DNA of 64,000 nucleotides, from positions 127,410,001 to 127,474,000 of the forward strand of contig NC_042999.1 of the NCBI RefSeq assembly GCF_006345805.1. Reading direction: 5' to 3'. Both the position numbers and the translations under genes were made by a program. Under the pieces are notes generated by a model. It had not been told where the DNA came from and searched no databases. It worked only from the letters and a program-made list of their open reading frames with translations. The stretch comes from Octopus sinensis. Its lineage: Eukaryota. Shown one piece after another: positions 25,161 through 37,790 of the stretch (position 1 is its first letter; every line of letters starts with the position of its first letter).

Positions 25161-25547
25161 GCTTTTACTAATTGAAGAGATTGCTTTCTTCTGCAAAGAA
25201 GTGAAAATTACCATACACACACAACTGAGCTTCCACACAGTTTCCATCTACCTCATTCACTCACAAGGCATTACTTAACCTGGAGAGATTATAGTATACC
25301 TAAGTGCCACATTGTGGTATTGTACTCAAAACCATGTGGTTACAAAGCAAGATTCTTACTTATACAGCCATGGCCGTACCTATGCCATAATAAAACAAAA
25401 ATCCTTCTACCATTAATAGCAATAACTTAACTGGTTGTGAGAAAGCATCTGGGTGGTATTTGCTGGTAAAGTGTCTACAATAGGTTAGTGGTCAGCATTT
25501 AAAGTATATCACCACCATTATCATTATTTCTGCATTCTCTGATATAT

Positions 25548-25766
25548 TGGTTACAAATTTTGGCACAAGGCCAGCAATTTAGGGGGAGGAGCTAAGTTGA
25601 TTACATCGACCCCAGTGCTCAACTGGTACTTATTTTATCGACCCTGAGAGGGTGAAAGGTAAAATCAACCCTGGCAGAATTTGAACTCAGAACATAAGGA
25701 TGGATGAAATGCCACTAAGTATTTTTTTGCCTGACATGCTTATGATTTTAGCCAGCTTGCCACCCT
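25548..25766 (-). mobile_element. tRNA-derived SINE (family of 40404-40618)
   Basis: CGACCCCAGTGCTCAACTGGTACTTATTTTATCGACCC...GAATTTGAACTCAGAAC...GCCAGCTTGCCACC. Confidence 0.8.
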
Positions 25767-27643
25767 CATTCACTCACTGATATATTCATCAGATCTTTAC
25801 ATATTTGTTAGTTTTGAACATCTTCAGTTAGTAAAGATCCATTTAATCTCATTTGTTATAATTTCATGGTCTAAACTCATATATTTGGACTATGGCCATG
25901 CTACGGCACTACCTTGAAAATTTAGTTGATCATATTAATCTCAGTACTTATTTTTGGCAAACTACTGAGTTATGAGAAAGATGTTAACAAACTATTACTG
26001 GTCATCAAGTGGTGAAGAACCAACAAACAAAAACACACACACACACACACACACACACGCTATGTCAGTCATAGTTATTATCAGTAACTTCCAGCATGTG
26101 ATTGGCTAGCAGTCTACTCTGAAGAAACATTGATAAATTAACTGATTAATCAATTAATAATACTGCTAGTTTATCGTTCCATTATAAGATTAAGAATGAT
26201 TGTATGTACCACAGATTGAACTGCTATTGTCCATTAATCTCCGATATCTGTGTGTGTGTGTGTGTGTGTGTGTTTGTGTGTGTGTATGTGTTTATACATG
26301 TACATGTGCACACAGTGAGATTCTGCCGTGTTTCCATCTACCAGATTCACTCAAGGCATTTTGTTTTTTGGTTCAGAGCAGTAGGAGACATTTGCTTGAG
26401 GTGCTGTTGTTGTTGTTGTTAAGCAACAAGATGGGTAAGGGTGATTAGGTGATGGTCTAGGGCTTAGGGGTGGGAGACCCCAGACCTTAGGAAAACAAAA
26501 AAAAATTTGGTCATCTTGTTGTAGTTGAGGGCTCTTCGTTGACACCCAGCACCACTGGGAAGTGGCACTCGAAGTCGCTAGAAATGGAGATCTCCAAGTC
26601 CAAATTCTTGAATGGCTGTTTGAGGTGCTGTGCAGTGAGACTGAACCCCAAAACATGTAGTCATGAAGTGAATTACTTTAGTCATATAGTCATGCTTGTG
26701 CTTCACCACAGAACCATATCTTATTTATGTTGCTTTTCTTTACATTACATTTCTGTCAATAAAATTTTTGATTGTTTTCAGGTGCTTCTCTCTCTCTTGC
26801 TCTCTTTCTCTCTTCCCCATTTCTCTCTCACATTTGTGTTGGTTTTGAACTCAGATATTTGAATTTATAATCTGTATTAGATTAACATGAAATATCTAAT
26901 TCTAAGGCTTTTTTTTACAAATGGTTTTCTTTAATAGTTTCCATTCACTACCAACTCACAACACCTACTCATTTAGTTTTCATTTTCAATTTCCATCACA
27001 TCCATGTGAAAAAACTAAATATTTCTTTTTTTTTTCTGCTTAAAATCCTCTTCCAAATCTGAAAGGTTCCTTAGAACTGCTGATAATCTCTGGCTTCCAT
27101 AGCCTCAAGCAGGTGTGAGATAAATCTCATAGATAAGGATGTTGCTTTATTCCAGATATCTTCTCAACAAAATATTCATCCATTCTACAGAGCTGTCACT
27201 TTTCTATGTAGTGAAGTATGCCAACTACGAAATCTTAGAGTTAGGTGAGCCTATGAAGGAGTTTCTATGTGATTGTTTGGCCAGCTAGAAATAACAACCA
27301 ATTCTCCTTCAGACATCACCCTATCATCTTAAAGAAGATAGAAAGGATGGCTTTGATATTGAAATCCTGGTAGTAGTATGTCTGAATGAAAGTTGGGGTA
27401 TTCATGTTTGAAACCTTCTTGGACATAGGTCTACTGGATTTGAACTGGGCCTAAACAACAACTGGACCAAACACTAGACTTATTTCTTCCCTGTTGACAT
27501 TGATCTATGATTGCTCAAGATGGGCATCAACTGATTTCAATGCTGTGCCAATGAAGAAGTATTAATTACCAACTCCTTATCTATTTGTTATGCCATCTGT
27601 TTTTATTGGTAATATCAGGAGCCAATGAGTGAGTTCTATATGC

Positions 27644-27894
27644 CAGCCGTTCCCAGCCTTTTTGGCACTAGGGACTAGCTTCATGCAAGATTATATGCAT
27701 AAGAAAACACAATAAAGTGCATAATATATAATTTAATTATTACATATATAATACATATCAAATGCAAAAACATCCTTCAGACTGCAGTAATCAATAAAAT
27801 AGAAATAAAATTAAATTTATTCTTTCTGTGAGGCCCTGTACTAAATTATCTTTGATCCTGTACTGGTCTGCAACCTGGTGGTTAGAGACCATTG
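27644..27894. mobile_element. hAT (Charlie/Buster group) MITE
   Basis: Ends are CAGCCGTTCCCAGCCTTTTTGGCACTAGGGAC and GGTGGTTAGAGACCATTG. The 8-bp flanks CTATATGC / CTCTATGT (6 of 8 identical, central TA) fit a hAT target-site duplication. Confidence 0.7.
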
Positions 27895-28225
27895 CTCTAT
27901 GTAGTTTCTTAACTTGCTAGAAATAACAACTATCTCTCAGATCACATATTGTCATAAAAAAGAAGGCTGCATTGAGGGCTGTAGTTCTTTCTCTGTGTGT
28001 GTGTGAGAGAGAGAGAGAGAAAGTATGCAAAAAGACAGAATGTTCATGGGTGGAACTCTTTGATTATAGGTCTGCTTGATCAGACCTGTGGTTAAACAAT
28101 AACAACAACAACTTGTAGCAACTCATGTTTTTAATTCTTGGCTACTTCCTTAATTTTTTCTCCTGTTCAACTAACTTTGAAGATTAAGTTGTAGATTATA
28201 AACTATATCTCCCTGCCTTCCATTG

Positions 28226-28256
<31 letters not shown>

Positions 28257-28609
28257 CATCTCTCTCTCTCTCTCCCCCCTCTCTCTCACAGATCATTTCA
28301 TCTGACAGCTGTTGGTAATTGAGAAAATATTTTAGATCATTTATACTGCATCAGTCCATTATGGATTAAAACTTACTTAGATGGAAACAATCTACTTTTA
28401 TGATAAAATTAGCAAGTATGATTTTTTTTTTTGTCTCTGTGTTTTGTTGTAACGGTAGTAATACGAGAACCTTGCTGAAGATGTTTAGTGAAATCTAAAT
28501 TCTGTTCTCATTAATGGGTTCCCCATTCAAAAGCAATTTCTGTTTTTTTTTTCTTTTTCGCATTTCAAAGATTTATTTCATTTTTTGTTGTTGGTTTATT
28601 TTTTTACGT

Positions 28610-29225
28610 TTTAGTCTTTGGTCTGTGGCCATATTGGAGCACTGTCTTGAAGGAGTTAGTCAAACAAACTGACTTCAGTACTTATTCCTTTTTAAGCCTG
28701 GTGCTTAATATTTTAGTTGCTTTTGCTGAACTACTAAGTTATGGGATGTACACAAACCAATGCCAGTTGTCAAGTGGTGGGAGGACAAACACAAAGACAT
28801 GCACCCACCCATCCACCCATATAATACATACATACATACATACATACATACATACATACATACATACATACATACATACATACATACATGCATACAAATC
28901 TGCACATATATGTACAAACATATGTACATAAAAAATATCCCATTGTTATTGAAATTCCAATGAAGGAACTTTGGATCTAGGTTAGAAACCAGCTCTCTCT
29001 CTGTTGGCAAGAAATCTTGAAATAAAACTGAATAATGACATACATACATACAAATATACATACTAACAAACAAACAACAGGTTTCCATGCAATTTCCATT
29101 TACCAAGTTCACTTGCAAGGTATTGGTCTGTCAGGGGCTGTATAGTAAAAGATACTTGCCCAAGGTGATGTGCAGTGGGACTGAACCCAAAACCATGTTG
29201 TTGCAAAATTAACCGTTTAACCATG
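28610..29225 (-). mobile_element. SINE (family of 36104-36614), decayed, with an insert in its central (CATA)n
   Basis: Tail at 28610-28800, head ACTTGCCCAAGGTG...GGGACTGAACCC at 29150-29190, and extra sequence at ~28930-29040. Confidence 0.65.
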
Positions 29226-29828
29226 CTGACACAGTTCTAATTGAGCAGTCAAGATAAAAAACACTTCCCAACCGGAATTGTCCCATTCTTGGAAATTTTG
29301 AAGTTTAGTGAAAATTTTAAAATTTGGTGCTTTGATGTGATTTTCCTGGCTGAATCTCAGGAGAGATTTCACTTTTTCCAGAAAATTTTTTACAAAAAGT
29401 AACAGAGGTTTAAAATTACCTTGTCAGAAAACAGGATTTGGAAGCTGTCATTTTGTTTGTGACTGCATGTCTTGTCAAATTATCCAGTAGGTCCTTTTCT
29501 TTCCCAAGACAGTAGGGTGTGATTTGAGGGATATTTAGCTACTATTTCTTACAGGTCTTCTCTCCTTTGGCTTGTAGTTTTAGTTAACAATGATGGCACA
29601 TGGTGTGTCTGTGTGTATGCGTGTGCAACAGAAAGGGAATGGGAGAAATATGTGGTACTTAGTTAAAATCAACTGTAAATGTAGGACAAAGGCATTTTAT
29701 TGCAATTATTAGTTTATATTTTAATTTGAGTGGATTTGGTAGACTGAAAGAAGCCCATCGTGTACACACACACACACACACATAACGGACAGAAATCATG
29801 TTTAGCTGGACAGCACTTTATGTATGCA

Positions 29829-29935
29829 TATACCTGATGAGACCCAGACTGCACTGATCGATGCAACACAATTGGATGCACAACATACCACCCATGTAGG
29901 ACAGTTGTAGGAGGAGTCGAAACGGTCGTCATACT
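29829..29935 (+). ncRNA. Hammerhead ribozyme relic with a long stem II insertion, in a ~210-bp element (29780-29990) inside a SINE microsatellite
   Basis: TATAC-CTGATGA-GAC-(72 nt)-GTC-GAAA-C-GGTC-G-TC-ATACT. The core is intact and stem I is decayed. A sister copy is at 57116-57219. Confidence 0.55.
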
Positions 29936-30806
29936 GAATAGAGACTAATGCTAAATCCATCTTGCAATTCATTCAGCGATTATCATTATATATACATATA
30001 TATTTATAATATGTGTGTGTCCGTCTTTGTGTTTGTTCCCTACCACCGCTTGACAACCGATGTTGGTATGTTTACATCCCCATAGCTTAGAGTAAGTGTC
30101 AATAGAGTAAGTGTCAGGCTTTAAAAAAATGTATTGGGGTCAATTCATTCGACCTAAAAATTCTTCCAGGTGGTGCCCCAGTATGGCCGCAGTCTGAAAC
30201 AAGTAAAAGAAAAGATAAAATATATAACTATCGCTCAGCACATTTTATTGTTTTCAATAAATAGAAAATATGTGGTTAGTATGGCAATGTAAACTGCATT
30301 GGATCTGGATTTCGAATACTCGCAGTAAAAAAAAAATTATTACTGTATTTTGTTGTAAGGACCTGAGAAATTTGATAACTTTTGTTTGATGAATCCCTTT
30401 GAAAATAATTGCATGAAATTGCTTTTGGCTTATTAAAATATTAATCGTATTCATTTACTCTTGACTTTCTGGATTTTTTCTTTTTTATTGTAGTATGTAC
30501 TTATTCACCCGTAATCGTTGATTTTTTTTTTCTGCACTTGTTTACACTGAGATAAAATGGGATTAAAGCAATGACCTAATTTTTTTATTTCAGTATTGAA
30601 GTAACAATATAGATTTTTATATTGAACCTTTTCAGAATATGCTGTATGGTGGAATACATTATGAATAATGCTTAGTCTTTCACACTTACACTCCATGTTC
30701 TATTGATGAAGTTGTGAGAGCCTGTCTGTATCTAGTTCAAGGCTTGGATTGGTTACTGAAAATTTGAAAATCTATACATAGGCTTATCACTATATTTCTT
30801 TCTTAA

Positions 30807-30982
30807 CCCTTTAGCATTTAAACCAGCTATATCCGGCCAAAATATTCTACTTGTTTTATGTTTAAACTGGCTTGATGTGACCTCACCACATCAAAATCTG
30901 AAAGCTCTGAGATGATGCAAGATTTATTCAAAATAACGTAAATAAGTATTAGTTTTGACAGAGTAATCTGAATGCTAAAGGG
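30807..30982 (-). mobile_element. piggyBac-type MITE family B, internally deleted
   Basis: TTAA-CCCTTTAGCATT ... AATGCTAAAGGG-TTAA. Confidence 0.85.
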
Positions 30983-31413
30983 TTAAAGGCTTGAAAGTTA
31001 TCTTACATATCTTATATATATATGTTCATGAATGTATAAATGTATACTCTAGAGCAGTGGTTCCCAAACTGGGATCTGCGGGACCCCTGGTGGTCCACAA
31101 AGTTAGTACTGGGAATCCATGAGCTAAATTCAAAATTTCATATATTCTTTTATTTGTTTCAGTCATTTGACTGTGGCCATGCTAGAGCACCACCTTTAGT
31201 CGAACAAATTGACCCTAGGATTTATTCTTTGTAAGCCTAGTACTTATGCTATTGGTTTTGGTTGTCAAGCGATGTTGGAGGGACAAACAAACACACACAC
31301 ACACACAGATATATAGTGAATCCAAACAAGGAAGAACAAGCATGAAAAAACAACAACGCAAGGACGTGGTACAAGTTATGTATTATCTGGCGCTCAGGAA
31401 AGGAAAGAAAGAG

Positions 31414-31450
31414 TATTTAACGTTTCAAGCAAAGCTCTTCTTCAGAAATA
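31414..31450 (-). ncRNA. Minimal type I hammerhead ribozyme (Penelope-like, dimer-type) within a ~200-bp element (31312-31510)
   Basis: Minus strand reads TATTT-CTGAAGA-A-GAGC-TTT-GCTT-GAAA-CG-T-T-AAATA. It has a 5-bp stem I, a 4-bp stem II with a G-U base pair, a palindromic ACGU stem III and a GUU triplet. Confidence 0.65.
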
Positions 31451-31689
31451 GAGGAAAGTCCAAAAGAAGGGAAGGTGGAGGAAGAAAATTGCCAATGATT
31501 CACATGTGCATATATGTGGATATTCACATGTGTATATATATATATATTATATATATATATATAATATATATATATATGATGGGCTTCTTTCAGTTTCGGT
31601 ATACCAAATCCACTCTCAAGGCTTTGGTTGGCCCAAGGCTGTAGTAGAAGACAATTGTCCAAGGTGCCACACAGTGAGACTGAACCACC

Positions 31690-32107
31690 GGCACTGGTAA
31701 CATTGCAGATGTGTTACCAGTGCCGGTGGCATGTAAGAGAACCTTCCGTTTCGCGACCGTTGCCAGCACCGCCCCGACTGGCCTTGTGCCGATGGCACGT
31801 AAAAAGCACCATCCGTTCGTGTCCGTTGCCAGCCTCGCCTGGCCCTCGTGCTGGTGGCACATAAAAAGCACCATCCGTTCGTGGCCGTTTGCCAGCTCTG
31901 TCTGGCACCTGTGCAGGTGGCACATAAAAAGCACCCACTACACTCACGGAGTGGTTGGCGTTAGGAAGGGCATCCAGCCGTAGAAACACTGCCAGATTTG
32001 ACTGGGCCTGATGAAGCCTTCTGGCTTCACAGACCCCAGTAGAACCGTCCAACCCATGCTAGCATGGAAAACGGACGCTAAACGATGATGATGATGATGA
32101 TGATGAT
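31690..32107 (+). mobile_element. SINE-like element with internal tandem subrepeats and (GAT)n tail, CpG-rich (young)
   Basis: Repeated GTGGCACRTAAAAAGCACC units, then GTTGGCGTTAGGAAGGGCATCCAGC...GGACGCTAAACGATGATGATG. Confidence 0.8.
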
Positions 32108-33039
32108 AAAAGGGGTCTTTGATAGTGAAAAGGTTGGGAACCACTAGAAGATCTTGTTAAATGACTCAACAGATTTCATATTCTTTGTGAAAGACGGGAG
32201 TTATCTTTCCTTGAAAGAATTGCTAGTATAAATGGCATTTAACTTTGATAATGTATTTTATATTTTTATTGTTGTGGAGAAGACTTGTAACTTCAGTTAT
32301 CTGATGGAAAGTAGCTTCGGTGTAAGCGTTTAAAGTGTGAAAAATTTAAGAAAGAAATTTAAAGAGTTTATTTTAATGAAAAAAAAAAAGGACATTGCTG
32401 TGAGGTAAGATTTTGCTTCCCAAACACAGGTTCTAGCTTCTGTCGCATTCTGTAGCACCTTGGGCAAGTGCCTTCTAGTACAGCCTCAGGCTGACCAAAG
32501 CCTTGTGAGTAGAATTGGTTGAGAGAAACTGAAAGAAGTCCATTGTAAGCTGGCTGTAGCTTGCTGTACATAGTTAAACTGAAGTCCTGTTTAAGAAAAA
32601 TAATGACAGCATTTAGAATTATCAGTTACTGATGGACAGTATATTGAAGGAATATAATTAGAAATAAAACCATGCTTTTGTTTCATGACAGGGATGAGTA
32701 GAGATTAATGTTAACTTCTGTAACTCCTGCCACAATATACTAATACTGCACTGGATTTATCTGTGTAGGTGTGTGTATGTGTGTATACACATGCATATAC
32801 ATACACATATATGTTGTTATTATTAATAATCAGCAGAAGTTGCAGAGTGACTCAAGGGCCAAAAGTTTTGTGTGTTGACACTAATCAAGTCCCAGTGCAC
32901 GGAACTCTCAGTCTTTGACCAACTCTTTAAGTTCTGCCAATTATTAATAGAAAACGTAAATACTCATGTTCTGAGTTCTATTTTCCTGCTTGCATCATCA
33001 AACATATATATAGGTTTGATGATACAAGCATATATATAT

Positions 33040-33310
33040 TATTATTGTTTTTTGTATTTATATTTGTGTGGCATTGTCCATTTTTCTGTCCTTGTTTCGT
33101 ATACATTCAATCCTTTTTCCAAGAAATCTAATGCTTGTAGCTTAGTTTTTCCTTGGGGCTGGCCGGATTGGGGCGATCTCAAGATTAATCAGCTGAAATT
33201 GCGAGGATGATCCGGTTCTTGACTGAAGATTAGAGGCTTTGAATGACCCGTCCGTTTTTTGTGTCGTCTATTTGAATGGCTTGCATTCTTGTCCCATTTT
33301 GTATTTTTAT
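33040..33310 (+). mobile_element. Short non-coding element between (TA)n tracts, possibly a Penelope-like terminal repeat
   Basis: GC/CpG-richer insert with (TA)n on both sides. It contains GAAA and CTGAAGA motifs but no well-formed hammerhead. Confidence 0.35.
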
Positions 33311-34107
33311 AAATATTTATATATATATATATATGTAGAGAGAGAGAGACATAAGTATAAAGTCATAAATGACAGAGAAATAGTTTGATAAAATTTTATC
33401 TAACAAGAAAATTCCAATATCATGACAAATTGTATTGTGCAATATATTCTTTGTTTTGTAGAAATGATACATTAAGGGGCTTTTTTATGAGTACTACTGG
33501 ATTATTTGAATCCATATATTATGACTTAAATTTATATATAAGTATGTATGTTTCATGTTATGTTAAAGAGCAGTGCACAATGTATCTCCTATTGTATATT
33601 ATGCAAAACATTAAACATACATATTAAATGATTTCAAAATATCACTATTTGGTTTGACTTCATTATTACAACTTATATAACACACACAGAGTACACTTTG
33701 GTAAATTGGTTGATGAGACAATGCAGGATTGGGAGGACTTTTAGTTAGGCTGAGGGAGTGACAAACTCTAAAATATCCACCTAGTTATATTCTGTACAGT
33801 GGTTGGCTTTAGGAAGGGCTTCAAACTGTAGAAAGCATGCTACAACTGAGATATTGGAGCAAGCAGTTATGGTCTTCTGACCCGTTAGTTCCTATTGAAC
33901 TGTCCAACCCATACCAGCACAGAAAGCAGGTATAAAATGACAATAATTACTTGAGACATATTTAACAGTTTTGGTGATTCAATTAATTCTCATGGCTTGC
34001 AAATTGCACATCAAAGAAACTAGTTAGTGCTATTTAATTAGGAAAAGAGGCAAATGTTAGCCTCTACTTCGACTCATGGCACAATATATGCATACTTCAA
34101 CAATAGC

Positions 34108-34171
<64 letters not shown>

Positions 34172-34348
34172 GGTTAATATATTAAACACAGTTTTGCTGA
34201 CTCAATTAATTCTCATAGTTTGCAAATTACACATGAAAGAAACTAGTTAGTTCTATTTAATTATCATTTTATCTATTTCTAGATGTTTTTTTCTTTTTTA
34301 CTTTCAAAAAGTTATTTCTGTTTTTCTCATATACTAAAACTGTGTGTG

Positions 34349-34409
<61 letters not shown>

Positions 34410-36103
34410 ATATTAACTAAAAGTGCAAGAAAGATATAGGTTAGTTTAAAGAAAAGACTTTCCCTTTACCCTGTCCATCTTTTTATCACTGGTTCTATGT
34501 ATATGTGTTGTTGCTGCTTATGTCTAGGTCAACCCTGAATTAGTAAACCTATGATCAAAGGCATTCTAGTAGCTACATTTGTCTTGTTACTAGCATCTGT
34601 TAACTGTATTACAGAAAAGTGTCCTTTCTCATCTAAAATGGGTATAATTTTAGGGAGATTTTGCTGCTATTTCTAGTAATTTGAGCGACCATATAGGGGC
34701 GCCATTGTAGGGTCTTGTATGTGTGTGTGTGTGTTTATGTGTTTGTGCATACACATGTGATGTGTGTCAAAATTAATTGAAGGACATAATTTGGGCAAGC
34801 AGTTTTAAACTAGTATTCTGACCTAAAAAAAAACTTGTCAGGTGACTTTTGGCATAGATAATAGTAAAAATTACAATAAAACATTTAAAGTTTAAAATTA
34901 AATAAAAAGAAAGAGGCTAGAAATAAAATTAAACATCACAAAAGAACTAAATTTAATTGTTTTTATTGTGCTCAGGTGCCATGACCAGAAATGAAGTTAA
35001 TGAAATCTAGAAAATTTCTACATATATGTATTTATATATAATAATGAGAACATAACTTATATTGTTTTAACCTTTCTTTTTGAGGCAATGAGTGTGCAAA
35101 TGTTGTTTCTTGGTTTATTAAAAATAGCACTGAAACCTTTATCAAATGGCATTCTATCTTTTTAGAGTAGAGACACATTTGATAATGTAGTCATAAACAC
35201 TATGTTTTAGTAAAAATAAAATTACTGTGAAACCTTCATGAAATTACATTGTATCATCATCATCCTCATTTAATTTCCATGTTCCATGCTAGCATGGATT
35301 GGATGGTTTGACCCATTTCATACCAACATGCCTAAGACTCCCCTTGGCTCTGTGATACAAACTTGTTTTAAAGTGATTTAACTTAAAACCTATCAAAATT
35401 TCATGTTAATTTATGTTCCAAATACCAGCTCAGTGACAGTTTTTTGACAGCTGAATGCCCTTCCCAACACCACTTTACACTATGGACTTTGCGTTTTTTG
35501 TGCCACCTGTACTATTGAGGTTGCCATGCTATTTGAAGGACCATGAGCCCTGAGCAAAGTGTGTGTGTGTGTTTGTGGAAGTGGATGGTCAGTTTCATGT
35601 TAGGAGATGAGGGCATTACTGTGAGAGGAGGTGGGGCAGCGAAGGTTCCTGCAGACAGTTCTGCATGGCTGCTCACATCTAGTAGATAAAAATGGGGTGG
35701 GGTGGGGGAGAAAAGGATCAGTAGGAGAAATTTGGTAACAAAAGGGTTAAGATTAACAGCGTCCAGCCAGCTTCAAGTTGGTGTAGCAGTGTTAAAAAGT
35801 AGTATAACCAAAAGCCTTCCAGCACAAAGAGGACTGCTATATGCCATTACTATTTTTACCCTTTATGCATACTTAGTAAAGTTATGTACCTTTCTCTCCC
35901 TTGTGACCAGTGAATGAGTATTTCTTAGCCCATGGGAATATTACTTATGTTTAAAAGTTTTTTCTCATTCATATGGGAGAGAATTTTGTGTATTGAATAA
36001 CTTTTCAGGGGTCTCCATTGTAAGATGTGAGTGTTTGATGTTAATCAGTTACCTGATTGACACCACTGTCACTAGATTTGGAAGTAGTTTTCTTGTACTG
36101 TTA

Positions 36104-36614
36104 GGCGCAGGAGTGGCTGTGTGGTAAGTAGCTTGCACTGGGGTCGCTATAATCGACTTAATCCATTTGTCTGTCCTTGTTTGTCCTCTCTGTGTTTAGC
36201 CCCTTGTGGGTAGTAAAGAAATGGGTAAGTAGCTTGCTTACGAACCACATAGTTCTGGGTTCAGTCTCACTGCGTGGCACCTTGGGCAAGTGTCTTCTAC
36301 TATAGCCTCGGGCCGACCAAAGCCTTGTGAGTGGATTTGGTAGACGGAAACTGAAAGAAGCCCGTCGTATATATATATATGTATATGTATGTGTATATGT
36401 TTGTGTGTCTGTGTTTGTTTCCCCAACATCGCTTGACAACCGATGCTGGTGTGTTTACGTCCCTGTAACTTAGCGGTTCGGCAAAAAGAGACTGATAGAA
36501 TAAGTACTAGGCTTATTACAAAGAATGAGTTTTGGAGTTGATTTGCTTGACTAAAAAGGTGGTGCTCCAGCATGGCCGCAGTCAGATGACTGAAACAAGT
36601 AAAAGAGTAAAGAG
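36104..36614 (+). mobile_element. Full-length tRNA-derived CORE-like SINE with central microsatellite (most abundant family here)
   Basis: A-box TGGCTGTGTGG, B-box-like GGTTCAGTCTC, CORE-like CACCTTGGGCAAGTG, central (TA/TG)n and tail GACTGAAACAAGTAAAAGAG. Other copies lie at ~29725-30220, 37077-37690, 43999-44436, 50745-51125 and 59655-59905. Confidence 0.9.
36137..36223 (+). mobile_element. 5'-truncated SINE tail nested in the SINE above
   Basis: Flanked by an exact 14-bp duplication GGTAAGTAGCTTGC (36123-36136 and 36224-36237). It begins ACTGGGGTCG, as in the 40404 family. Confidence 0.85.
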
Positions 36615-36696
36615 TATTTAAGAAATTAATTAAAATACATGGACAGTATATTTCATTAGGAATAAGGTCATATAAGAAATAAACAAATGCGTTTAA

Positions 36697-36891
36697 CCTT
36701 TTACCACTTAAACCAGCCATATCCAGCCCAAAATATTCTGTTTATGTTCAAACTGGTTAGATCTGGCCTCCCACACCTACCCAACAATGTCATTGTAAAA
36801 TTAAGCAATCACATCATTGGAGTCTTGAAGCTACAATTCAAATCAGTGTGAATATATATTGCATTACATTTGGCAGAGTAATCTGAAAGGG
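36697..36891 (-). mobile_element. piggyBac-type MITE family B, decayed
   Basis: TTAA-CCTTTTACCACT ... GAAAGGG-TTAA, with the body homologous to 19894-20113. Confidence 0.75.
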
Positions 36892-37277
36892 TTAAAACAA
36901 AATGGTGGTGGTGGTGGTGGTGGTTGTAGTCATATTCTAGATTTTACTTACACACAGAAGGCCACATTTGTTTTGGGTAGGAATAGTTGATTAACTTTAC
37001 TTCAACTCTTGATTTGTTCTTATTTTATCTACTCCAGGATTTGGTAACATTTAAATTTTCCAAATAATGTGAACATGTCACAGGCATGGCTGTGTGTTAA
37101 GAAGCTTGCTAGCTTGCTCCCCAACCACATAATTCCAGATTCAGTTCCACTGTGTGACACCTTGAGCAAGTGTCTTCTATTGGAGCCTCAGGCTGACCAA
37201 ACAAAGCCTTGTGAGTGTATTTGGTAGACAGAAACTGAAAAAAGCCTGTTTATATATATATATATATATATATATAT

Positions 37278-37500
37278 CTTCTTCTTCTTAATCCTTTTTG
37301 TCCCTTGTGGAGTATAGGGCCTCAACAGTTGTTTTCCACTTTTTGCGGTCATTGGCGTGTTTCTTGGCTGCTTCCCATGTCAGGATGGTGGTCCTGAGCT
37401 CGTCCAAAATGCTCCGCTTCCATGTCTGCTTCAGGCGTCCTCGCTTCCTTTTCCCTTGCGGGTTTCAGTCAAGTGGTTGTCATGAGGGTTCTTTCCGCAG
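37278..37500 (-). mobile_element. RTE-clade LINE 3' end with (GAA)n tail, nested in a SINE microsatellite
   Basis: Minus translation LD*NPQGKRKRGRLKQTWKRSILDELRTTILTWEAAKKHANDRKKWKTTVEALYSTRDKKD*, followed by GAAGAAGAAG. Confidence 0.85.
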
Positions 37501-37790
37501 TGTGTGTGTGTCTTTTTTGTCCCCCACATTGCTTGACAATCAGTGTTGGTGTGTTTATGTCCCTATAACTTAGTGGTTCAACAAAAGAGACCAACAGAAT
37601 AAGGACCTGGCTTTAAAAAGAAAAAAAGATCCCCCAAGGTATGGCCACAGTCTAATGACTAAAACAAGTAAAAAATAAAAGAAAAGATAAAAAAATGGTA
37701 TGGATCAATTAGGCTTCTGTGGTTACAATCATCACTGATTAAACTTAGCTTATGTAATACTTGTATCCTGTTACTCTTAGAAGTTAATTT

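Larger units (their letters stand above)
31055..32145. mobile_element. hAT MITE split by nested insertions
   Basis: Left end CAGTGGTTCCCAAAC follows CTCTAGAG and the right end is GTTGGGAACCACT. The interior holds a minus SINE (31145-31690), a hammerhead element and a plus SINE. Confidence 0.65.

Noticed and set aside
28470-28510. CTGAAGA...GAAA spacing like a minimal hammerhead
   Set aside because: No credible stems I or II.
32005-32035. CTGATGA followed by an AGCC/GGCT hairpin
   Set aside because: No GAAA follows the hairpin, and it is a variant of ordinary SINE sequence.
33462-33541. Possible 80-nt exon (TTTGTTTTGTAG|...TAA|GTATGT)
   Set aside because: The donor is weak and the peptide is unrecognisable; such signals are frequent by chance in T-rich introns.
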